Assembly (NCBI GenBank): GCA_963840035.1
Contig: CAWIXE010000002.1
Coordinates: 384,001 to 448,000 of the forward strand
Length of the DNA: 64,000 nucleotides
Reading direction: 5' to 3'
Origin: a candidate division FCPU426 bacterium
Lineage (GTDB): Bacteria; Oederibacteriota; PGYV01; Palsa-1178
The translations under genes and the position numbers were made by a program. The notes under the pieces were generated by a model that saw nothing but the letters and a program-made list of their open reading frames with translations, did no database searches and was not told the DNA's origin. Shown piece after piece: positions 38,460 to 47,863 of the stretch; position 1 is the first letter of the stretch, and each line of letters opens with the position of its first letter.

Positions 38460-39209
38460 ATGTCAGGACATTCAAAATGGGCGACCATTAAACGCAAAAA
38501 AGCCATAACAGACTCCAAGAGAGGCGCTGCTTTTACAAAAATCATCAGGGAAATTACTGTCGCCGCCAAAACAGGCGGGGATCCGAACAGTAATGCCCGG
38601 TTGAGGACTATAATTGAAAAGGCCAAAGCGGTCAATATGCCCGCGGACAATATTAAAAAGGCCATTCAAAAAGGCACGGGCGAGCTTCCGGGAGTTTCAT
38701 ATGAGGAGATTACATACGAGGCGTACGGGCCCGCGGGCGTTGCCGTGCTTATCAATATATTAACGGATAACAAGAACCGCTCGGCTGCAGACATGCGCGC
38801 GCTGCTTCAGAAACATAACGGCAGCATGGGTTCCTCAGGCTCGGTTGCATGGCAGTTTGAGCTGAAAGGTTTTATTTCAGTCCCGAAGGACAGCATTGAT
38901 GAAGACAGTCTCATGGAAGTGGCGCTTGAAGCCGGGGCTCAGGACATAAAGACCGAGGATGATTCATACGACATAGTAACGGAACCATCTGATTTTGAGA
39001 AGGTAAAAAAGGGCCTTGAAGCCAAAAGCGTTAAAATGACCACGGCTGAAGTGACTATGGTGCCTAAAAACTACGTTAAACTTGCCGGCAGGGACGCGGA
39101 AAAAATGCTCAACCTTATGAATGACCTTGAAGACAGCGAAGATGTTTCAAATGTATACTCAAATTTTGACATATCAAAGGAAGAAATGGATAAGTTGGGC
39201 GGAGAATAA
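38460..39209 (+). CDS. yebC: YebC/PmpR family protein
   Basis: MSGHSKWATIKRKK, YEAYGPAG, TDNKNR, VYSN. Confidence 0.95.
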   Translation: MSGHSKWATIKRKKAITDSKRGAAFTKIIREITVAAKTGGDPNSNARLRTIIEKAKAVNMPADNIKKAIQKGTGELPGVSYEEITYEAYGPAGVAVLINILTDNKNRSAADMRALLQKHNGSMGSSGSVAWQFELKGFISVPKDSIDEDSLMEVALEAGAQDIKTEDDSYDIVTEPSDFEKVKKGLEAKSVKMTTAEVTMVPKNYVKLAGRDAEKMLNLMNDLEDSEDVSNVYSNFDISKEEMDKLGGE

Positions 39210-39255
39210 GCAAATACAATTTTAAATTTTATATTTGAAATTTTCAATTGAGTTC

Positions 39256-39284
39256 AAAAGGGCGGTGAAAACCGCCCTTTTTTT
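39256..39284 (+). terminator. Rho-independent terminator
   Basis: aaaagggcggt-gaaa-accgccctttt-ttt. Confidence 0.75.
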
Positions 39285-39307
39285 ATTTTGGTTGTGGTAA
39301 AATGCTG

Positions 39308-39367
39308 TTAGTCGCAGCATTTAGGCTGCGCAAGGCCGGCCTCTCGCAACCTGAAGGTTGCGGCTAC
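39308..39367. repeat. GTAG-REP doublet (family A)
   Basis: ttagtcgcagcatttaggctgcg ... cgcaacctgaaggttgcggctac. Confidence 0.75.
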
Positions 39368-39392
39368 CAAAGCTTAAAGGAAAGAGGACTTT

Positions 39393-40310
39393 ATGACATA
39401 CAAATACTACTTTTCATTAAATGATTACTTTAAAAGCAAATACAGCAACCGCATACAGAAAATTACCGTTTCGCTGCCTTTTACCTGTCCTCACATAGAA
39501 GACGGATCAGGCGGGTGCGCTTACTGCCATAAGGGGAGCATGCCGCCGGGGGCTGATGTGTCCATACCGCTGGCAAAGCAGATAATGCACGGGATAATAT
39601 CGGGCAAAAAACGTTATGGCGATGGTACGGGGTTCATTGTCTATTACCAGACCTATACCAATACGAACGCGCCCCTGGACAAGCTTAAGGAAATTTATGA
39701 CGAGGCTTTCAACCATCCGGATATCATCGGCATTGATGTGGGCACAAGGCCTGACTGCGCGGGCGACGATGTCCTTAAGCTCCTGAAGTCGTATGAAAAA
39801 GATGGCGCGGAAGTGTGGCTTGAACTTGGCCTGCAGTCGGCAAACAATAAAACACTTGCTGAGATCAACAGGCGCCATACGGTTGAGGATTTTACCGACG
39901 CGGCGGTCCGGTCAAAAAAAGCCGGTTTAAAAATCATAGCCCATATGATGGTGGGCCTTCCGGGTGAGACGCATACGGATTTTATGGCAACGGCGAAACT
40001 GATAGCTTCGCTTGGATTTTTCGGGATTAAGATACACCCCCTGTATGTCATGGAAGGGACAGCGCTGGGGGATAGATACGCGAAAAAACCTTTTGAAATA
40101 TTGAAGATTGACGAATATGTTAAAGCGCTGGCTGATATTATTGAAGTGCTGCCGCAGGAAATGGTTGTTATGAGGTTTACGGCTGAGGGCGGTGAAAAGC
40201 AGCTCATAGCCCCGAATTATTGCAGGCCGGAATACAAGCTGAAGATAAAGGACATGCTTTTACAGGAGCTAATGAACAGGGGAACAAAACAGGGAAGCAA
40301 GTACATATAA
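39393..40310 (+). CDS. TIGR01212/YhcC-family radical SAM protein
   Basis: FTCP...GGCAYC, YYQTYTNT, GTRPDC, ELGLQS, GLPGE, KIHPL. Confidence 0.9.
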   Translation: MTYKYYFSLNDYFKSKYSNRIQKITVSLPFTCPHIEDGSGGCAYCHKGSMPPGADVSIPLAKQIMHGIISGKKRYGDGTGFIVYYQTYTNTNAPLDKLKEIYDEAFNHPDIIGIDVGTRPDCAGDDVLKLLKSYEKDGAEVWLELGLQSANNKTLAEINRRHTVEDFTDAAVRSKKAGLKIIAHMMVGLPGETHTDFMATAKLIASLGFFGIKIHPLYVMEGTALGDRYAKKPFEILKIDEYVKALADIIEVLPQEMVVMRFTAEGGEKQLIAPNYCRPEYKLKIKDMLLQELMNRGTKQGSKYI

Positions 40311-40371
40311 ACAAATTACTAATTACTAATGACCAATTACTAATTAGAACAATGAACGCGGGAGCTTTGTT

Positions 40372-41775
40372 ATGAATACCTATGAACGCACAGACGAAAA
40401 GACGCGAACGGCAGCCCTTATAGTATCCATGATAAGCGCGGTTGTTAATTCGCTTATGAATGCGTCACTGAATGTGGCGCTGCCGGTAATCGGCAGGGAA
40501 TTTTCCATGAATGCCGTATCGCTGGGCTGGGTGGGGACGGCAATGCTGCTGTCGTCATCGCTTTTTATCGTGCCTTTTGGAAGGCTGGCAGACATTTACG
40601 GAAGAAAAATGATGATGACCCTTGGCTCTATTATCTATTTTATCTCAAGTTTCTTCGGGGCGATATCGGTTAACGGCGATATGCTTATAGTTGTTAGGGT
40701 TATTCAGGGCATAGGCGGGGCAATGACTTTCGGCACAGGGGTTGCCATATTGACTTCTGTTTATCCGCCTGAGAAAAAAGGCTGGGCAATAGGATGGAAT
40801 GTTTCAGCCGTATATTTCGGGCTTGCTGCCGGGCCTTCCATCGGCGGGCTAATGACCGCGGCACTGGGCTGGCGTTCCATATTCTGGCTGAATGTAGGGC
40901 TCGGGTTGATTGCGGTAATACTGCTGATAACGCTTCTTAAGGGTGAATGGGCTGACGCTAAAGGGGAGAAACTTGATATACCCGGTTCTGTATTGCTAGG
41001 TTTGTCCATATGCCTCATGATATTTGGGTTAATGCGCGTGCCTTCAATGGAGAGCTGTTTTCTCATACCCGCATCCCTTATTTTACTTTTCATATTTATA
41101 AAGTATGAGGAGAGGCAGGCAGCGCCTGTTGTTAATGTGAAATTATTTGAATCAAACCACGCCTATGCTTTCGCAAACCTTGCAACGCTCATTAATTACA
41201 GCGCGGCTTCATCCGTGGCTTTTTTGCTGAATTTATACCTTCAATATGTCAAGGGCATGGACGCTAAAACCGCGGGATTCATCCTTATGGCGCAGCCGCT
41301 CGTGATGGTGACTTTTGCCCCGCTTGCCGGCAGGCTTTCGGATAAGGTTGACCCAGGCAGGGTGGCTTCAATAGGAATGGGACTGACAATGGCGGGGCTG
41401 GTTTTGTTTTCTTTCATAAACCAGGATACGCCTTTGCTTTACATTATAATAAGCCTGGTAGTCATAGGCGGCGGATACGCCCTGTTTTCATCGCCGAACA
41501 CGAACGCGGTAATGTCATCGGTTGAAAGAAAGTATTATGGCACCGCTTCAAGCATAGTAAGTACCATGCGCCAGATGGGGCAGATGACGGGCATGGCCAT
41601 CGGGACAATGATGATATCCATATTTGTGGGAAAAGTGCAGGTAACGCCGGAGAATCACGCGTCGCTTATAACAGCCATAAAATGGGCTTTTGGCATATCA
41701 ACAGTGCTTTGTTTTATGGGAGTCTTCGCGTCGCTGGTAAGGGCGAAGAAAAATATTTCTGCCGTAGTTAAGTAG
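40372..41775 (+). CDS. MFS transporter (DHA2/EmrB-like, 14 TM)
   Basis: GRLADIYGRK, RVIQGIGGA, GWRSIF, SSPNTNAVM. Confidence 0.9.
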   Translation: MNTYERTDEKTRTAALIVSMISAVVNSLMNASLNVALPVIGREFSMNAVSLGWVGTAMLLSSSLFIVPFGRLADIYGRKMMMTLGSIIYFISSFFGAISVNGDMLIVVRVIQGIGGAMTFGTGVAILTSVYPPEKKGWAIGWNVSAVYFGLAAGPSIGGLMTAALGWRSIFWLNVGLGLIAVILLITLLKGEWADAKGEKLDIPGSVLLGLSICLMIFGLMRVPSMESCFLIPASLILLFIFIKYEERQAAPVVNVKLFESNHAYAFANLATLINYSAASSVAFLLNLYLQYVKGMDAKTAGFILMAQPLVMVTFAPLAGRLSDKVDPGRVASIGMGLTMAGLVLFSFINQDTPLLYIIISLVVIGGGYALFSSPNTNAVMSSVERKYYGTASSIVSTMRQMGQMTGMAIGTMMISIFVGKVQVTPENHASLITAIKWAFGISTVLCFMGVFASLVRAKKNISAVVK

Positions 41776-41810
41776 AAAGTTTGGTTTTATAATTGAAAAA
41801 GGATGTAACA

Positions 41811-41887
41811 TGGTGGGCGCAGCTGGGATCGAACCAGCGACCCTTAGCTTGTCGAGCTAATACTCTAACCAACTGAGCTATGCGCCC
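41811..41887 (-). tRNA. tRNA-Val(GAC), CCA encoded
   Basis: GGGCGCATAGCTCAGTTGGTTAGAGTA-TTAGC-TCGACAA-GCTAA-GGGTC-GCTGGTTCGATCCCAGC-TGCGCCC-ACCA folds as a cloverleaf. Confidence 0.92.
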
Positions 41888-41987
41888 AACATGTTACATC
41901 CCTAAACAAAAGACACGTTCCTTAAATGAGATATAATTTTATCCAAGTGTTTGAGACAAGTCAACATAAATATTGAAGGGAGATGCT

Positions 41988-42539
41988 ATGAAAAGAAGGG
42001 CTTTTTTGATAATTTTGGGTGTTGCGATTTTTGTGTCCATTTCCGGTTGCAAAAGCGTTGCTCCTGCGCAGCCGCTTACCTGCACTACAGTGATAGGCTA
42101 TCCAACCAATAACAATAACAACTACAGGATGGGGAACGAGATTGTCGCGACAAAATTCACAATGGACGTTGACGGGCATATTAACGCGATAATGGTAAAA
42201 CTGGCTAATCCGGCGGCTATTATTGCCGCGGTATATGCCGATACCGGCACCTCGCCGGGTGATGTCCTGGTTCAGACGGCAATTTACGCCGGCCAGGCAG
42301 GGTGGAACGCGATGCCAACCCCCGGATACGACCTTGTCAGCGGAACGAGTTATTGGCTTGCTGTTTTGGCTGACGCGGCGGCCATAGCCTCAGTTGAACC
42401 CGGAGCTACAGCGGTTTATAAACACGCATCCCTTTCAATTGATGCAACAGTTACGGCTTTAGGATTGCCACCCGGATCAGACCTTATGTGGACTGACGCC
42501 ACAGGGGAAATAAAAATTGCCGCGCTTAACTGCAAGTAA
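41988..42539 (+). CDS. Hypothetical lipoprotein, beta-rich
   Basis: MKRR + hydrophobic core + ISGC lipobox; RBS GGGAG. Confidence 0.7.
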   Translation: MKRRAFLIILGVAIFVSISGCKSVAPAQPLTCTTVIGYPTNNNNNYRMGNEIVATKFTMDVDGHINAIMVKLANPAAIIAAVYADTGTSPGDVLVQTAIYAGQAGWNAMPTPGYDLVSGTSYWLAVLADAAAIASVEPGATAVYKHASLSIDATVTALGLPPGSDLMWTDATGEIKIAALNCK

Positions 42540-42598
42540 ACAAACATGAATTATTTAAATGTTGTCTATAGTTGTGTTTTAATTGATTTGTTTCTTTT

Positions 42599-42687
42599 TC
42601 CATCTCCCCTTGGGAGAGGGTAGGGTGAGGGGAATAATACAGCTGGTTTCACCTCACCCCAGCCCCTCTCCTAAGAGGAGAGGGGGA
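42599..42687. repeat. Gene-less inverted pair of DUF559-type hairpin repeats
   Basis: tctccccttgggagagggtagggtgagggg ... cctcaccccagcccctctcctaagaggagaggggga. Confidence 0.7.
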
Positions 42688-42820
42688 TGTAAAAAACGAA
42701 GAAAAGAAAGCATGTATGTTTTAATGAAAATGATTTTGCACGCAATAACATTATCTAAACAAGCTTTGATTTAACAATTACGGGTGTTATAATATGTATG
42801 CTTTAAAATAAGGAGGGAAA

Positions 42821-43393
42821 ATGCTAAAAAACATGCTGCTCGCTTTTATACCTGTGTTTGTGGCTGTCGATGTTGTCGGAATACTCCCGCTATTTATAGC
42901 GTTAACCAAAGGTTTTAAGGATAAGGACAGAAAAAAGATACTTTTTCAGTCGTTCATAACCGGGGTATCGCTCGCGCTTATTTTTATATTCGTTGGTAAA
43001 TGGATTTTTTCTGTCCTTGGAATAACTGTCCATGACTTTATGATAGCGGGCGGCGTCATACTGTTCTTTATCGCCATGCGCGACATTTTTTTTCCCGGCA
43101 GGCAGTCGGAAGCCGCGGCTGCTGAGATGGGGGCTGTGCCCATAGGCACGCCTCTTATTGTCGGGCCGGGAGTACTGACTACGTGCCTTATCATTGTTGA
43201 CCAGTACGGAATAATCCCAACCATTACATCAGTAGTACTGAATGTCCTGATAGCTGTCATTACCCTGGGGTTTTCAGGGATCATAGTTAAGGTCATCGGC
43301 AAGACCGGTGTCTCGGTGCTCTCACGCATTATGGCGCTTTTACTCGCAGCAATCGCCGTAATGATGATACGTAAAGGGATGGGAATATTATGA
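42821..43393 (+). CDS. MarC family membrane protein
   Basis: FVAVDVVG, FMIAGG, VPIGTPLIVGPG, RIMALLLAAIAV. Confidence 0.9.
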   Translation: MLKNMLLAFIPVFVAVDVVGILPLFIALTKGFKDKDRKKILFQSFITGVSLALIFIFVGKWIFSVLGITVHDFMIAGGVILFFIAMRDIFFPGRQSEAAAAEMGAVPIGTPLIVGPGVLTTCLIIVDQYGIIPTITSVVLNVLIAVITLGFSGIIVKVIGKTGVSVLSRIMALLLAAIAVMMIRKGMGIL

Positions 43394-43518
43394 AAAATGA
43401 CAAAAAGGAAAAACCGGGGATATTTGAGAAAGAAGCCATGGTTATGTGGGTTCCGGTCCTGATACTTATAATACTTGCGATCATACTGGCCCCTTACATT
43501 TTGAAAATGATAAAATAA
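43390..43518 (+). CDS. 42-aa single-TM small protein, absent from the ORF track
   Basis: MKNDKKEKPGIFEKEAMVMWVPVLILIILAIILAPYILKMIK*; ATGA overlap with the marC stop. Confidence 0.55.
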   Translation: MKNDKKEKPGIFEKEAMVMWVPVLILIILAIILAPYILKMIK

Positions 43519-43661
43519 CATTATTTTTAGCCTGTAAATTAACCTCATACAGGCGATTTCACGGCAAAACTACCGCGTTAAAACTAAAGCAACCCTTATG
43601 GACAATCTGCGTTAAACATTATATAATCTACATGCTAAAATTTAAATAATCAGGAGCTTAC

Positions 43662-45776
43662 ATGAAAACAAAAGTATCTTTAAACGGAAAGTGGGATTTT
43701 ACATACCAGGGCAAAAAGGCAAAGATAACGGTGCCTTCCAACTGGTATAAGGCGGGTTTTGACATATCAGGCGCGGCTGAGTACGGCAGATCGTTCAAAC
43801 TGAAAAAGCAGGCGGGCAAAAAGTATTTCCTTACGTTCATGGGAGTGGATTACTTTTGCGGGGCTTATGTTAACGGCAAGTTCGCAGGGAAGCATGAAGG
43901 CTACTTCCAGAAGTTCAGGTTTGACGTGACAGATATGGTGAAGTCCGGGAATAACTCGGTGAAAGTCCTTGTAAACGCGCCCAAAGAATCAGCCGATATA
44001 TGGCCGAATTCAAAATATCTCATAAAGGGCATATTTAACCACCATGATGCCAGACCCGGTTCCTGGAACAAGAAAACAGGCCAGGAAATGAACACCGGCG
44101 GCATATGGAATGACGTGTGCGTGGAGGCTGTTGACGCGCTGGAAATAGAGATGGTCAAGATAACCCCGCTTTTGAAGGACGACGGCGTATGGAATGTGGG
44201 CTCCGAACTTATCATAAATAATTATACCGATGCTGCGATAGAGGCCGCGCTTTCGTGCGCTATCGCGCCTTTTAATTTTAAGGGAAAGTCAAAAACCATG
44301 AAAAGGGAAGTCTCGCTGAAACCTGGCGCGAATACGGTTTACCTCCACGCTGACATGCAAAATCCGGCCCTGTGGTGGACGTGGGATTATGGAAAACAGA
44401 ATCTGTATGATTTTTCCTATACTGTTAAAGCAGGCAAGGCAAAGGACGTTTACAGCGACATAAGCGGCATCAGGGAATTTAAGAAGGCTGAGGATAAAGC
44501 GTGGTACCTGAACGGCAAGAGGCTCTTTATCCGCGGAACGAACATAATCCCGACGCAGATGCTTTCTGAATACACACAGGAAAAGGCCGCCAAAGACATT
44601 AAGATGCTCATAGGAGCCAATCTGAACATGGTAAGGATACACGCCCACGTAAACAGGAAAGAACTATATTATGAGGCTGATAAAGCCGGCATCATGGTAT
44701 GGCAGGATTTCGCGCTGCAGTGGGGATATGAGACCACGGAAACATTCATGGAAAATGCCGTATCGCAGATAAAGGACATGATCAACCTCCACTATAACAG
44801 GCCGTCAATAACATTCTGGTGCTGCCATAACGAGCCTTTTGTCTCTGAAAAGCAGCTTGACCCCGTGCTTTATATAAAAGCGCGCGAGGCAGACCCGGTA
44901 AGGTACATAGAAAAAGCTTCGGATTTCACACAGCATTATTATCCGGGCTGGTATTACGAGAATACGCCTGAGAATTTTTACCTTGATACTGTTAACGCTG
45001 AAAAGCGTTTTATCATTTCCGAATACGGTGCGGAAGCGCTGCCGTGCAGGGAAACTATGGATAAGATGATGGACCCGAAAGACCTGTGGCCGCCGAATTG
45101 GGCCGAGTGGGAATACCACGATTTCCAGCCCGAGCAGACGTTTAATACTGCCAGGGTGAAAATGGGCGATTCGCTCGATGAGTTCATTGAAAATTCCCAG
45201 AAATACCAGGCTGACATAATCAAGGCGCATACAGAGACTTACAGGCTGGCGCGCTATAAGTTCTTAAATGGGATACTGCACTTCATGTTCTGCGAGTGCT
45301 GGAATTCCATTACCTGGGCTGTGGTGGATTATTACAGGATACCCAAGAAGGGTTATTTCGCGCTTCAGACAGCCATGCAGCCGGTGTACCCTGGATACAG
45401 GCTTGTCAGGAGCACGAAGTCAAAAGAAGAGCGTTTAAGCTGGGGAGTACTCTGGGACCCGTTTTTTGTCATTAACGACCTTCCTGAAGTGCAAAAGGGC
45501 GTGACAGCTGAGATAACCCTTACGGACGCGGCAGGCAATGTTTACAAAAAAGAAAAACGCAAGCTCGCGGACATACCCGCGGACTCAGTCGTATATCCGT
45601 TCCAGGGGCAGGCTCTTGAGGCTTTTGAAGCAGACCCGTTTGTAATACCTGACACAGTCGCGACAGGCTGGGGAAGCGTGGGGATAAAGCTTTATGATTC
45701 CAAAGGAAAGGCGTTTGCGAAAAACTCATATGAACTTGAAATTACTGAACGGCTTTCAGGGCCGTTTGGCGGATAA
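43662..45776 (+). CDS. Glycoside hydrolase family 2 (beta-mannosidase-like), no signal peptide
   Basis: FMGVDY, HEGYF, GGIWN, LNGKRLFIRGTN, VWQDF, WCCHNE, SEYG. Confidence 0.88.
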   Translation: MKTKVSLNGKWDFTYQGKKAKITVPSNWYKAGFDISGAAEYGRSFKLKKQAGKKYFLTFMGVDYFCGAYVNGKFAGKHEGYFQKFRFDVTDMVKSGNNSVKVLVNAPKESADIWPNSKYLIKGIFNHHDARPGSWNKKTGQEMNTGGIWNDVCVEAVDALEIEMVKITPLLKDDGVWNVGSELIINNYTDAAIEAALSCAIAPFNFKGKSKTMKREVSLKPGANTVYLHADMQNPALWWTWDYGKQNLYDFSYTVKAGKAKDVYSDISGIREFKKAEDKAWYLNGKRLFIRGTNIIPTQMLSEYTQEKAAKDIKMLIGANLNMVRIHAHVNRKELYYEADKAGIMVWQDFALQWGYETTETFMENAVSQIKDMINLHYNRPSITFWCCHNEPFVSEKQLDPVLYIKAREADPVRYIEKASDFTQHYYPGWYYENTPENFYLDTVNAEKRFIISEYGAEALPCRETMDKMMDPKDLWPPNWAEWEYHDFQPEQTFNTARVKMGDSLDEFIENSQKYQADIIKAHTETYRLARYKFLNGILHFMFCECWNSITWAVVDYYRIPKKGYFALQTAMQPVYPGYRLVRSTKSKEERLSWGVLWDPFFVINDLPEVQKGVTAEITLTDAAGNVYKKEKRKLADIPADSVVYPFQGQALEAFEADPFVIPDTVATGWGSVGIKLYDSKGKAFAKNSYELEITERLSGPFGG

Positions 45777-45787
45777 CTGGCACGCAA

Positions 45788-46456
45788 TACCCGGCGTCTG
45801 AGACGCAGGCAAGCTGCGTCTCTACAAAATACAAAGGCTTTCAGGTTTAGTCTTTCGTAGAGACACAGCTTGCTGTGTCTCGTATTTGCCTTGTTTTAAA
45901 CACCCGGCGTCTGAGACGCAGCAAGCTGCGTCTCTACAAAATACAAAGGCTTTCAGGTTTAGTCTTTCGTAGAGACACAGCTTGCTGTGTCTCGCATTTG
46001 CCTTGTTTTAAACACCCGGCGTCTGAGACGCAGCAAGTCTGCGTCTCTACAAAATACAAAGGCTTTCAGGTTTAGTCTTTCGTAGAGACACAGCTTGCTG
46101 TGTCTCGCATTTGCCTTGTTTTAAACACCCGGCGTCTGAGACGCAGCAAGCTGCGTCTCTACAAAATGCAAAGGTTTTCAGGTTTAGTCTTTCGTAGAGA
46201 CACAGCTTGCTGTGTCTCGCATTTGCCTTGTTTTAAACACCCGGCGTCTGAGACGCAGGCAAGCTGCGTCTCTACAAAATACAAAGGCTTTCAGGTTTAG
46301 TCTTTCGTAGAGACACAGCTTGCTGTGTCTCGCATTTGCCTTGTTTTAAACACCCGGCGTCTGAGACGCAGCAAGCTGCGTCTCTACAAAATACAAAGGC
46401 TTTCAGGTTTAGTCTTTCGTAGAGACACAGCTTGCTGTGTCTCGCATTTGTTTTAA
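45788..46456. repeat. Tandem array of 6 x 112-113-bp units, each containing two inverted GTAG-REPs (BIME-like)
   Basis: Units start at 45788, 45901, 46013, 46126, 46238, 46351; each has gagacgcagcaagctgcgtctctac (or a +1-nt variant) and gtagagacacagcttgctgtgtctc. Confidence 0.92.
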
Positions 46457-46476
46457 ATAACTTGAAACGTAAAGCC

Positions 46477-46543
46477 GGGCGAGCCACCGGCTCGCCCCTA
46501 CGAAAACAAAGCGGATTTGTAGGGGCGAGCCGGTGGCTCGCCC
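46477..46543. repeat. GTAG-REP doublet (family C)
   Basis: gggcgagccaccggctcgcccctac ... gtaggggcgagccggtggctcgccc. Confidence 0.85.
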
Positions 46544-46627
46544 GGCTCTTTTATGGGGCTTCTTTTAACTTGAAAACCAATGGATTTGGCGTTATCCTAT
46601 ACATATAAAAAAATATGGGAGGTTTAT

Positions 46628-47848
46628 ATGGCCGTACAAACACCGGAAGTAAAACGCGCTTTCCAGCTTATTTTCTTTTTTGGACTTATAAGCCTGTTTG
46701 GCGACATTGTATATGAAGGCGCCAGAAGCGTCAACGGCCCTTACTTAAAGACCCTTGCGGCAAACGCGGCAATGGTAGGACTTATAACGGGTATCGGCGA
46801 ATTCGCCGGTTACGCGTTGCGCCTTGTATCAGGGTATTTTGCCGATAAGACAAAAGCCTACTGGGTTTTTACGTTTTTAGGATACGGCATGATAATAGCC
46901 GTGCCAATGCTGATGTTTACCGGCACATGGCAGGTTGCGGCCGTATTGATGGTGGCGGAGAGGGTTGGTAAAGGCTTGCGGGCGCCTGCTAAAGATTCCA
47001 TAGTCTCAAGCGCGGCGAAAAGAGTTGGGACAGGAAAAGGGTTTGCCATACAGGAAGTTATGGACCAGTTTGGAGCGCTCATCGGGCCGCTTATATTTGC
47101 CGCATATTTTACTTTTACCGGGAAAGCGGAAAAAACAGCCGTCGACTACGCCCATGCTTACGGTCTTTTCTGGATACCATTCGCGCTTGTCATGATATTT
47201 GTGGTTGTGGCATATTTTCAGGTACCTGACCCGTCAAAGCTTGAACCGCCTAAGACCGCGCAGGAGCCGGATAAGATAACAAGGCTTTTTTGGATATATA
47301 ATATATTCTCATTTATTACAGCCATGGGTTTCATCAGTTATGCCATTATGGGTTTCCACTTTAAGTCGCAGAATGTCATAAGCGACGCCATGATACCCAT
47401 ATATTACGCAGTGGCAATGGCTGTGGACGGGGTTGCCGCGTATGTAATAGGCTCGGTTTATGATAAATTAAAGGAAAAACATAACCATCACGGAGGAGGC
47501 TTGCTTTCCCTTATTCTAATTCCTATCCTTTCCGCGTTGATACCGTTCTTTGCCTTCACCAAAAGCCCGGCGCTCGCGCTTGTATCGGCTGTGCTGTGGG
47601 GTATTGTAATGGGAATGCATGAGACCATAATGAAAGCGGCAATCGCGGATATCACGCCTATGAGAAAGAGGGGCACAGGATACGGCATATTTAACTTCGG
47701 CTACGGAATGGCCATGCTCGCAGGCGGGTATGTGGCAGGATTAATATATGACATTTCAATTCCGGTGCTTTGCTGGGGCGCGGCAGGCCTGCAGGCAGTT
47801 GCTCTGGTAATATTCTTCGTTATGAAAAAAGAGATAAAAACAACCTGA
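46628..47848 (+). CDS. MFS transporter
   Basis: SLFGDIVYEGARS, ERVGKGLRAPAKD, DQFGALIGP; RBS GGAGG. Confidence 0.88.
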   Translation: MAVQTPEVKRAFQLIFFFGLISLFGDIVYEGARSVNGPYLKTLAANAAMVGLITGIGEFAGYALRLVSGYFADKTKAYWVFTFLGYGMIIAVPMLMFTGTWQVAAVLMVAERVGKGLRAPAKDSIVSSAAKRVGTGKGFAIQEVMDQFGALIGPLIFAAYFTFTGKAEKTAVDYAHAYGLFWIPFALVMIFVVVAYFQVPDPSKLEPPKTAQEPDKITRLFWIYNIFSFITAMGFISYAIMGFHFKSQNVISDAMIPIYYAVAMAVDGVAAYVIGSVYDKLKEKHNHHGGGLLSLILIPILSALIPFFAFTKSPALALVSAVLWGIVMGMHETIMKAAIADITPMRKRGTGYGIFNFGYGMAMLAGGYVAGLIYDISIPVLCWGAAGLQAVALVIFFVMKKEIKTT

Positions 47849-47863
47849 TAATGAGGGGAATAA

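Noticed and set aside
41811..42539. Genomic island integrated at tRNA-Val
   Set aside because: No integrase and no duplicated tRNA 3' end were seen in the window.
42583..42774. 63-aa ORF
   Set aside because: It is a translation of the hairpin pair (LPLGEGRVRG...SPHPSPSP), with no other coding signal.
45788..46456. CRISPR array
   Set aside because: The linkers between palindromes are identical between units rather than unique spacers, and no cas genes are present.
45875..46487. ORFs 45875-46075, 46100-46300 and 46272-46487
   Set aside because: They are translations of the tandem REP array, with no RBS.
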